This document shows, in pieces, positions 1 through 7,429 of a stretch of 21,911 nucleotides of DNA. The stretch spans positions 1 through 21,911 of the forward strand of contig JANLPS010000068.1 in assembly GCA_031367385.1 (NCBI GenBank), given 5' to 3'. The DNA is from Archangium sp. GTDB lineage: Bacteria > Myxococcota > Myxococcia > Myxococcales > Myxococcaceae. The position numbers and the translations under genes are program-made. The notes under the pieces were generated by a model, which saw only the letters and a list, made by a program, of their open reading frames with translations, made no database searches and was not told the origin of the DNA. Within the stretch, counting starts at the first letter, position 1. Each line of letters begins with the position of its first letter.

Positions 1-1055
1 CGATGGCGGTGATCGACGGCGTGTTGTGCTGTGGGCTCGATGCGCAGCAGACCGAGCGGCTGGCGCAAGGCCGCGGGCTGTGGAAGCTGGGGTCGAGGGA
101 TCTCGCCGTCGCGATGGCCCGAGGGGCCACTGGTGGCACCACGGTGAGCGCGACCTGCGAAATGGCCGCGGCGGCGGGCATCTTGGTGTTCTCGACCGGT
201 GGCCTCGGCGGAGTGCACCGCGGAGTGGCCGAAGATCTCGATATCTCACAAGATTTACCGGCTATTGCCCGGTGGCCGGTCGCGGTGGTGTGTGCGGGTG
301 CGAAGTCGGTTCTCGACTTGCCGAAGACCCTCGAGTTTCTCGAGACGCTGGCAGTGCCCGTCATCGGAGTCGGCACGCAGCAGCTGCCCGGGTTCTATTC
401 GCGTGAGACGGGGTTGCTGCTCGAGCACTCGGTGGCCGATGCGCACGAGGCTGCCAATGTGATGCGGGCGCGGCAGTCGCTGGGGCAGGGGGGGCTGGTG
501 TTTGCGGTGCCTCCGCCCGAGGCGACGGCGATCGCTCGCAGCGAGATTGAGGAGCACCTGCTCGCCGCGTTGGCCGAGGCGAAGGCGCAGGGCATTCATG
601 GCAAGGCGATGACTCCGTTTTTGTTGGGGTCGATGGTGAAGCGAAGTAACGGGCGCACGCTCGAGGCGAACCTGGCGTTGCTCGAGAACAACGCGGTGTT
701 CGCCGGGCAGCTGGCGAGGTCACTGTCTCCCTCACCCCGGGCGCTCTCAGCGCGTGGTGTGCTCGACTTGCTGGCGCGGCAGTACGCGGTGTCGCCGATT
801 GATCTGAGTGAGCTGCGGTTGGTGGGCTCGGTGCTTGGCCTGGTGCCCAAAGAGCTCGCCGCGAAGTACCGGTGCGTGCCGGTGACCTTGCACGAGGGCA
901 GGTTGGTGATTGCCTTCGTCGACCCGGCGAACTCGCAGGCCCTCGCCGAGCTGCGCCGCGCAACCGGGTACGAAGAGATTGAGCCTGCGGTGGCGACCGA
1001 GCCTGATGTGGCTGAGGCGCTGCGCAAATATTACGGTGTGATTCAGGGAGGTTAG
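1..1055 (+). CDS. psuG: Pseudouridine-5'-phosphate glycosidase (5'-truncated by window edge) with C-terminal GspE/PilB N-terminal (T2SSE_N-like) domain
   Basis: PsuG/IndA motifs GGTTVSAT, FSTGGLGGVHRG, DISQDL, VCAGAKSVLD, GKAMTPFLL, ANLALLENNA. The family N-terminus is missing, so the ORF is open off the window. After nt ~759 the frame continues LARQYAVSPIDL...LVPKELAAKYRCVPV...LVIAFVDP...AVATEPDVAEALRKYYG, typical of T2SSE_N. Confidence 0.9.
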   Translation, partial: MAVIDGVLCCGLDAQQTERLAQGRGLWKLGSRDLAVAMARGATGGTTVSATCEMAAAAGILVFSTGGLGGVHRGVAEDLDISQDLPAIARWPVAVVCAGAKSVLDLPKTLEFLETLAVPVIGVGTQQLPGFYSRETGLLLEHSVADAHEAANVMRARQSLGQGGLVFAVPPPEATAIARSEIEEHLLAALAEAKAQGIHGKAMTPFLLGSMVKRSNGRTLEANLALLENNAVFAGQLARSLSPSPRALSARGVLDLLARQYAVSPIDLSELRLVGSVLGLVPKELAAKYRCVPVTLHEGRLVIAFVDPANSQALAELRRATGYEEIEPAVATEPDVAEALRKYYGVIQGG

Positions 1056-1110
1056 GCATCAATGACCGAGGGTGCTGCCCGTCATCAAGGTGCACTGGGG
1101 CATCGCCACT

Positions 1111-1150
1111 CTCATGGTGAGCCTGTCGAACCACGAACCACGAACCACGA
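1111..1150 (+). repeat. REP-like half element CTCATGGTGAGCCTGTCGAACCACGA ending in a (CGAACCA)x3 tandem
   Basis: CGAACCA at 1127-1133, 1134-1140 and 1141-1147. The upstream GTGAGCCTGTCGAACC resembles, from memory, the left arm of a widespread bacterial intergenic repeat; no partner arm is seen. Confidence 0.55.
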
Positions 1151-1193
1151 TCGCTTCTTGACGACGCGAGCGTGCTCTCGCATGTCGTCTTCG

Positions 1194-2699
1194 ATGCGCG
1201 TCAGGCCTCTCATCCTTCTCGTTGCCGTCGCCTGCGGTGCTCCCCCCGTGCCTCGAGATGGAGGCGACGCTGGCACCTCGATTCAGCCGCGGTTCGACGC
1301 TGGCGCCACCGATGCTGGCAGCTCGGGCGTCGCGGGCATTGACGCTGGTGCCGCGCCCCGGTCATGGCCACGAGTCCCCTCGCTGACCCATGACCTCGAT
1401 ACCGATGCCTCACACGTTCTCGAGCCCGAAGTGCTTCGCGGGGCATGCGATGCGGTCAAAGCCGGAGCCACCGACCGTCTGACCCGACTCCGATGCGGCA
1501 AGTGGATGTTCTTCTACGAGACCTTTGGCACCATCGGCATTCCCACGGTGCTGCTCGAGTTCAATCAAAAATTCTACGGAGACTTCTTTCAGCCAGGCTT
1601 CGCTTCGATGGGGTGGGTGCCTGACCCGGCCAGCGCGAAGGGCATGCCACTGGGCCTGCAGCCCTCGACAGGCAAGCTGGGCACGGTGGCGACCAGTGCC
1701 TTCACCTGTGCTGCGTGCCACTTCGGCAAGCTGCCCGATGGCCGGTACGCCGTGGGGTATGCGAACTCGCAGCTCGACTACGGCAAGTTCATCGCAACGC
1801 TTGGGGCGGGCTTGTCTTTGGGGCTCAACGCCAATGACCCGAAAATTCACCCGATGATTCGTTCGATGATGGGGCCGGCCGTCACCACCGCAAAGGCGAA
1901 GCCCGGCTACCTCACCGAATCGGCTTTGACGGGGCTGACCTTGCTCGGCGCTGGCAATGTCGCCAGCAACACACTCGACGACCAGGAGCGGATGTTGAAC
2001 CTCCGCTCGGGCACGATGGATTTTCTGACCAAGCCACTGCTCGAAGACGGAGTGTGGACGGTCAGCAGAATCATCAGCTTGTGGAACCTGCCCACCGCGG
2101 AGCAGCGGTCGCTGGCAGGCATGCCGCACGAGATGCTGTCGTGGAATGGCGCGGTGCGCTCGCTCGACGACTTCGTGGCCGGCTTCGTGGTGATAGGAGC
2201 CGGCGCCGCCGAATGGACCCCGGCTCGGTTGGCGCCGCTCAACGAGTACGTTCTCTCGCTGCGAGCTCCTCCGTCGCTGGCGGTGCAGAGCGCAGCGTTG
2301 ATCGAAGAGGGCGCCCAGCTCTTCGTTCGCCAGGGCTGCTCGAGCTGCCATGCCGGGCCAAGCGGAGAAGGCCCGCGGGTCTTCTCGTTTACCGACATCG
2401 AGACCGATGCTCAGTACGCAAACATCTACAACCCCGACGCGAACGGAGTGCCCTGCTGTGGTTTCGGAGATGCCTCGACCGTGAGCCGCGGAGTCAAGGC
2501 GCCGCGAATGGCCGGGCTCTTCAGCCAAACGCGGCTGTTGCACAACGGCAGCGTAGGTTCGCTCGATGAGCTTTTCTGTCGGTTGCCCCGGTCGAGCGAC
2601 ACGTCGCTTGGGCAGCGTTCGACAGGTCACCAGCAGACCTGCACGTCACTGACCGACGGCGAAAAAAGCGCGCTCATCGAATACTTGCGCTCGTTGTAA
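1194..2699 (+). CDS. Di-heme c-type cytochrome lipoprotein, RoxA / di-heme cytochrome c peroxidase-like
   Basis: Signal with lipobox MRVRPLILLVAVAC (ATG 1194; alternative 1182), DAG-rich linker, CAACH (1707-1721), CSSCH (2337-2351), KAPRMAGL..LLHNGSV..L motif, C-terminal GH...LTDGEKSALIEYLRSL. Confidence 0.8.
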   Translation: MRVRPLILLVAVACGAPPVPRDGGDAGTSIQPRFDAGATDAGSSGVAGIDAGAAPRSWPRVPSLTHDLDTDASHVLEPEVLRGACDAVKAGATDRLTRLRCGKWMFFYETFGTIGIPTVLLEFNQKFYGDFFQPGFASMGWVPDPASAKGMPLGLQPSTGKLGTVATSAFTCAACHFGKLPDGRYAVGYANSQLDYGKFIATLGAGLSLGLNANDPKIHPMIRSMMGPAVTTAKAKPGYLTESALTGLTLLGAGNVASNTLDDQERMLNLRSGTMDFLTKPLLEDGVWTVSRIISLWNLPTAEQRSLAGMPHEMLSWNGAVRSLDDFVAGFVVIGAGAAEWTPARLAPLNEYVLSLRAPPSLAVQSAALIEEGAQLFVRQGCSSCHAGPSGEGPRVFSFTDIETDAQYANIYNPDANGVPCCGFGDASTVSRGVKAPRMAGLFSQTRLLHNGSVGSLDELFCRLPRSSDTSLGQRSTGHQQTCTSLTDGEKSALIEYLRSL

Positions 2700-2754
2700 C
2701 CCCCGGTCGCCTGCTTTTCCTGAGAGCCGACGCTTCGGTGTAGAGTGAGCGCGC

Positions 2755-5700
2755 GTGCCTCGGCTCCTGCTGACACTCTTCGTCTGCTTTCTTCTCGAAG
2801 GGTGCGACCAACCGCCACGCGCGCCGCCCCAGCCCGTGGTGGCCAGGCCGGTCGATCTGGCGGCGGTGATGCGCGACGTTCATTTCGCCTGGCAGCCGCA
2901 GGGCCAGCGCTGGGTCTCAGCGCACTCGACCTACTCGGCGCAGGTGACCCGGGGTGGGCTCGATTTCACGCCATACCATTGGCCCGGCCCCACGCCCGCC
3001 GCGGCCGCCCAGCCGGGGCAAGCGGTGCGCTTTGGCAAGGCGGTCGTCTCGCGAGGCGCTCGCGTACTCGGAGCCCCTGCGTGCCAGGCCGCTCAGCCGC
3101 CTCGCACCCTGACCTTTGACTGCGGCCAGGTCACCGAAGAGCTCGAGAACCTCGAGAGCGGCATCGAGCAGCGGTGGCGGGTGCCTCGAAAGCCGTGGGG
3201 CTCCGGCCCGCTGGTGGTCAAAGTGCCGGTGGTGGCTGGGCGCTTCGAGGGGCGAACCCAAGCGGGCTTGCACTTCGCTGCCGGTGCCCTGAGCGTGCGC
3301 TACGGCCATGGTACCTGGGTCGATGCCCGCGGCACGCGCACCGAGGTCGCGGCGAGCTTCGAGCATGGCGCGGTGGTGCTGAGGGTGCCTGCGAGCGTCG
3401 TCGAGAGCTCGGTGTTTCCAGCCGTGCTCGACCCGGTCATCGGCCCTGAAGTGAGCGTCGATGTCGCGGTGAAAGGCCCCGCGGGAGGCAGCCAACAGGT
3501 GCCCGCGGTCGCGGCGGGGAACTCGAATTCGCTGGTGGTGTGGTCAGACCAACGCGCAGGCCGGTACGACGTGTACGGCGCGAGAGTGCAGAGCAACGGC
3601 ACAGTGCTCGACGGCGCCGGCATCCCCATCTCCATCACGGCAGGTGCCGAGTCGGCGTTCGTGCCCACCGTGGCGTGGAACGGCACGTCGTATCTGGTGG
3701 CGTGGAATGCGTACACCGGTACCCAAAATCAGATCTTCGCCGTGCGGGTGAGCAGCGCCGGAGCGGTGCTCGACAGCCCTCGAATCACCGTCGCGCCGGC
3801 CTCGACCGGGGCCCAATTGTATCCGTCGGTGGCCAGCGATGGCGTGAACTGGCTGGTCGCCTGGGAGGACTCCCAGAGCGGCACCCCTGACATCGCTGCG
3901 GCTCGTGTCTCGGCCACCGGCGCGGTGATGGATGTGCCCGCGATCGCTGTTTCAGCGCTCGCCACTGACGAAAACGCGCCGGCGATTGCGTGGAGCGGCT
4001 CCAACTACCTCGTCGTCTGGGAGGACTCGCGTACCGGCAACTCCGACATTTTCGGCGCGCGACTCGACAGCACGGGTGCTGTGCTCGACCCCGCCGGGGT
4101 CGACATTTCGCCCAACCCCACCCGCCAATCAGCAGCCGCCGTGAGTTGGACTGGGTCTTATTTCTACGTGGTGTGGACCGATTCGCGGAACGGGCTCAAC
4201 GACGTCTTTGGTGCGCGGGTGACAACAACCGGCATGCTTTTCGACGCGACGGGCATTCGAATCTCGAACGACGCCAGCACGCAGCAGAACCCGACGATCG
4301 CGTGCGGTACCACGGAGTGTCTGGTCGCCTGGGAGGACTTTCGGGGCGCCGGCGTCTCGGCGTACTGCGCGCGAGTCACCGACACCGGTTTGATCCTCGA
4401 CTCGGTTGGCACCCCCATCGCCACTGGTGGGTACCGCACCGACCTCAGCGTCGCGTGGGACGACGTGCGGTACTTCGTCGTGTGGGCCGATTTGCGCGGC
4501 GAGCTGAGTGACAACTCGATCTACGGAGCACACGTCAGCATCGCGGGCGCGGTGATCGAAAGCACTGGCATCGCGGTGTCGCTGTCAGCGAATCAACAAG
4601 ACGCTCCGGCGGTGGCCTGGGGCCCGAGCGGGGCGCTCCTCGCATGGCACGACTTCAGAGCGGGCGCCTCTGACATCGTTGGCGTTCGGCTGAGCAACGC
4701 CGGCGCGGTGCTCGACGCGACTGGCATCGGCATTTCTACGGCCGCGAATTACCAGGGCCGCCCCGCCATCGGGTGGAATGGCTCGACGTTTCTGGTGGCC
4801 TGGGAAGATACGAGAAACGACCTCTTTCACCCCGACGTCTACGCCGCGCGGGTCACTCCGGCCGGCGCTGTGCTCGACCCTGCAGGCATTGCGATCTCGA
4901 CCGCGGGGCTCGACCAAAGCAACGTGAAGGTGGCTTCGAATGGGGTCGACTTTTTGGCCGTCTGGCAAGATTCGCGCAACGGCACGGGAGACGTGTACGC
5001 GGCGCGAGTCAACGCGGCAGGCGTCGTGGCAGACCCCACGGGCATCGCGATCTCGACCGATGGGGTGGCATACGAGAGCCAGCCGGCCGCCAGTTGGAAT
5101 GGCTCGGCCTACGTGGTGGCGTGGGAGATCAACAGCGACATTCAGGCGACGCGGGTGAACAGCGCGGGGGCGGTGCTCGACGCGCCGCCGGTGTTGATTC
5201 AGGGAGGCGTGGACATCGAGCGCGAGCCCTCGGTGGCGTCTGATGGCACGAACTCACTGGTCGTCTGGCATGCGCTCGATTCGATGGGGACCAAAGACGA
5301 CATCGCCGGGGCGCGCGTCACCCAGACGTTGGGGGTCATCGACACGTCGGGCTTCGTGATCGCCTCTGGAGGGTCTTTTTATCATTACAAACCCGCCGCC
5401 GCCCTGGCGGGCGATGCCTATTTCGTCACCTGGGCTGACGTGGGGCTCGCAAGCATTCAAGGCGCACGGGTGAACACCGACGGCTCGCATGGCGGTGAGT
5501 TTGCGGTTTCGACCGGCCCTTTCATGAAGTCGAACCCCGCGTTGGCGTGTCAGGGGTCGCGGTGTCTGGTCGCGTGGGCCGGCTTCGACTCAGCGAGCCT
5601 CCTGCAGACGGTGCGACTGCGAGCGACGGTCGTCGACCTCGATGGCGGGAGTCTCGACGCCGGAGCGGTGAGCGATGCCGGTACCGGTGATGCCGGGGGT

Positions 5701-5991
5701 GTTCTCGACGGTGGCGCTCCCGATGGTGGGGGCGTTCTCGATGGCGGCGCTCCTGACAGTGGCGCTCCTGACGGTGGCGCTCCTGACGGTGGAGTCCTGC
5801 CCGACGGCGGCGGGGCTCTCGACGGTGGTGGAGTCGGTTTCTCAGATGGCGGCGCTTTGCTGGACGGCGGTTCACAGAGGGCGCGTGTCTATCAAGTCGG
5901 CTGTTCGTGCGAGCTTTCGCCCGAGAGTGCCTCGATCTTCGGTCTACTGGCGCTCTGGGCCGTGCGCATGCGCCGTCGCTCCGGACGCTGA
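2755..5991 (+). CDS. Large exported surface protein: N-terminal domain, 14 ~52-aa repeats (probable double beta-propeller), DGG linker, MYXO-CTERM-like tail
   Basis: 1078-aa ORF; signal/lipobox FLLEGC; repeats PAVAWxGxxYLVxWxDxRxGxxDIYGARVxxxGxVLDxxGIxIS; tail GCSC...IFGLLALWAVRMRRRSGR. Confidence 0.85.
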   Translation: MPRLLLTLFVCFLLEGCDQPPRAPPQPVVARPVDLAAVMRDVHFAWQPQGQRWVSAHSTYSAQVTRGGLDFTPYHWPGPTPAAAAQPGQAVRFGKAVVSRGARVLGAPACQAAQPPRTLTFDCGQVTEELENLESGIEQRWRVPRKPWGSGPLVVKVPVVAGRFEGRTQAGLHFAAGALSVRYGHGTWVDARGTRTEVAASFEHGAVVLRVPASVVESSVFPAVLDPVIGPEVSVDVAVKGPAGGSQQVPAVAAGNSNSLVVWSDQRAGRYDVYGARVQSNGTVLDGAGIPISITAGAESAFVPTVAWNGTSYLVAWNAYTGTQNQIFAVRVSSAGAVLDSPRITVAPASTGAQLYPSVASDGVNWLVAWEDSQSGTPDIAAARVSATGAVMDVPAIAVSALATDENAPAIAWSGSNYLVVWEDSRTGNSDIFGARLDSTGAVLDPAGVDISPNPTRQSAAAVSWTGSYFYVVWTDSRNGLNDVFGARVTTTGMLFDATGIRISNDASTQQNPTIACGTTECLVAWEDFRGAGVSAYCARVTDTGLILDSVGTPIATGGYRTDLSVAWDDVRYFVVWADLRGELSDNSIYGAHVSIAGAVIESTGIAVSLSANQQDAPAVAWGPSGALLAWHDFRAGASDIVGVRLSNAGAVLDATGIGISTAANYQGRPAIGWNGSTFLVAWEDTRNDLFHPDVYAARVTPAGAVLDPAGIAISTAGLDQSNVKVASNGVDFLAVWQDSRNGTGDVYAARVNAAGVVADPTGIAISTDGVAYESQPAASWNGSAYVVAWEINSDIQATRVNSAGAVLDAPPVLIQGGVDIEREPSVASDGTNSLVVWHALDSMGTKDDIAGARVTQTLGVIDTSGFVIASGGSFYHYKPAAALAGDAYFVTWADVGLASIQGARVNTDGSHGGEFAVSTGPFMKSNPALACQGSRCLVAWAGFDSASLLQTVRLRATVVDLDGGSLDAGAVSDAGTGDAGGVLDGGAPDGGGVLDGGAPDSGAPDGGAPDGGVLPDGGGALDGGGVGFSDGGALLDGGSQRARVYQVGCSCELSPESASIFGLLALWAVRMRRRSGR
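5635..5872 (+). repeat. Coding low-complexity DGG/DAG linker including 3 tandem 15-bp units GGCGCTCCTGAC(A/G)GT (5746-5790)
   Basis: Translates DGGSLDAGAVSDAGTGDAGGVLDGGAPDGGGVLDGGAPDSGAPDGGAPDGG...; the DNA repeats are directly visible. Confidence 0.85.
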
Positions 5992-6146
5992 AGGAGTCTG
6001 CACCGAGATCGAGCGAAGACCGGCGTAAGACCCAAGAAGATCGCGCAGGCAGATCGACGCTGGCCCAGCTCGCCTCGCCTTGAAGGGCTCGACTTGCGCT
6101 TGGCGCGGTTGTTAGGCCGACCATGAACCACTGCGCCGAGCGACCT

Positions 6147-6201
6147 CATGTTCATAAGTATGAACGTGACATGTTCATAAGTATGAACGTGACATGTTCA
6201 T
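6147..6201. repeat. Tandem 23-bp palindromic unit CATGTTCATAAGTATGAACGTGA x2 plus 9-bp partial; probable protein-binding sites
   Basis: Exact copies at 6147-6169 and 6170-6192, partial at 6193-6201. Each contains the inverted repeat GTTCATA-AG-TATGAAC; AT-rich in a GC-rich background. Confidence 0.9.
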
Positions 6202-6216
6202 CGAGTGCACGGCTCT

Positions 6217-6325
6217 CGCCGAACGCCGAACGCCGAACGCCGAACGCCGAACGCCGAACGCCGCACGCCGAACGCCGCACGCCGAACGCCGCACGCACAC
6301 GCCGCACGCACACGCCGCACGCACA
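6217..6325. repeat. Heptamer minisatellite (CGCCGAA)x6, then alternating CGCCGCA/CGCCGAA, then (CGCCGCACGCACA)x3
   Basis: Read directly from the sequence; ends ~20 bp upstream of the kinase start. Confidence 0.95.
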
Positions 6326-6345
6326 TCAACCCTGAGCAATAGACC

Positions 6346-7425
6346 GTGACCGACCGCGCCCTCTCAGCCCCCGGCAAGCTCTTCGTCTCCGGTGAATACG
6401 CCGTGCTCTGGGGCGGAGTCGCCCGTATCGCCGCCGTCGCGCCTCGCGTGTCCGCCTTCGTTCGCACCCGTGACGACCGCCGGGTCGACATCGTGCTCGA
6501 AGAGGGCCGTCTGACGGGTACCGCGACCCCCGCTGGGGTCAAGTGGGCCTCCGAAGTCACCCCAGCCTTTCGCTTCGTCGCCCACACCCTCGATCTCGCG
6601 TACCGAATCGGAGCCCACGACGGCCCGGGCTTCGCGGTCGCCTTCGAGCCGTCACCCACCGCTGATGGCCAGAAGCTCGGGTTCGGCAGCAGCGCACGCG
6701 CGACGGTGCTCGCCGCCGAAGCCGCCCGCTCAGCCCTCGGAGGCACCTTCGACGCGCTCAAGCTCGCCCTCCTCGCTCACGCCGACGCGCAGAAGGGCAA
6801 AGGCAGCGGAGGTGATGTCGCCGCCTGCTTCGCCGGAGGCCTGGTCCGCTACCGCCGGTACCCGACCGAGCCGCTCATCGTCGCCGCCAACTCGAACGGC
6901 CTCGCCTCAGCGCTCTCAGCGTCTGCTCCCGTCGACGTCTTGCGCACGCCGGGGCTGACCCAGCCCATGCTCTATGCATTCAGCGGTGCGAGCGCATCGA
7001 CCACGAGCCTGATCACCCAGATCGAACGCGAGTGGAACGATGCGCGGCGAGCCCGCTTCGTCGAGACCAGCGACGGCTACGGCGACGCCCTCGAACAGGC
7101 TTTGCTGCGGCGCGATTTCGCAGCAGTCACCGAGGCCTGTAACGCCCTGCAAGCCCTCCTATGGACTTTGGGCGCCACCCAAAACCCGGGCCTCGAGCGG
7201 CTCTTGGCACTCGCGGCGACCTACGGGTGCACTGGCAAACAATCCGGGGCAGGGGGAGGAGACGGAGCCCTGCTCTTCGCTCCAGACGACGACTCCCGCA
7301 CCGCGCTGCTGACGGGTCTTCGAGAGCGCAACATCTTCGCCATGCCGGTCGACTTCTCGCCTGGCCTTCGAGGCGACGCGACGCCACTTGCCGAACTGTC
7401 ACTCTGGCTTCAGTCGGGCTGGTAG
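6346..7425 (+). CDS. mvaK2: Phosphomevalonate kinase (GHMP kinase family)
   Basis: SAPGKLFVSGEYAVL, KLGFGSSA, GKGSGGDVAA and GKQSGAGGGD motifs; GTG start. Confidence 0.85.
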   Translation: MTDRALSAPGKLFVSGEYAVLWGGVARIAAVAPRVSAFVRTRDDRRVDIVLEEGRLTGTATPAGVKWASEVTPAFRFVAHTLDLAYRIGAHDGPGFAVAFEPSPTADGQKLGFGSSARATVLAAEAARSALGGTFDALKLALLAHADAQKGKGSGGDVAACFAGGLVRYRRYPTEPLIVAANSNGLASALSASAPVDVLRTPGLTQPMLYAFSGASASTTSLITQIEREWNDARRARFVETSDGYGDALEQALLRRDFAAVTEACNALQALLWTLGATQNPGLERLLALAATYGCTGKQSGAGGGDGALLFAPDDDSRTALLTGLRERNIFAMPVDFSPGLRGDATPLAELSLWLQSGW

Positions 7426-7429
7426 CCCC

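Noticed and set aside
488..494. G7 homopolymer as a phase-variation tract
   Set aside because: Short, in-frame Gln-Gly-Gly codons in a G-rich gene.
1062..1193. N-terminal extension of the cytochrome ORF
   Set aside because: It runs through the REP-like repeat and would bury the lipoprotein signal; ATG 1194 or 1182 is more plausible.
5992..6146. Possible gene remnant or ncRNA
   Set aside because: No recognisable protein motif in the frames read and no convincing RNA structure.
6147..6201. CRISPR array, parS or dif
   Set aside because: Repeats abut with no spacers and there are no cas genes. Dyad spacing differs from the 16-bp parS, and there is no XerD arm (TTATGTTAAAT-like) or 6-bp core.
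6123..6335. 70-aa ORF with (PNAERRT)n
   Set aside because: It is simply the translation of the palindromes and 7-bp repeat; no RBS and no gene-like codon pattern.
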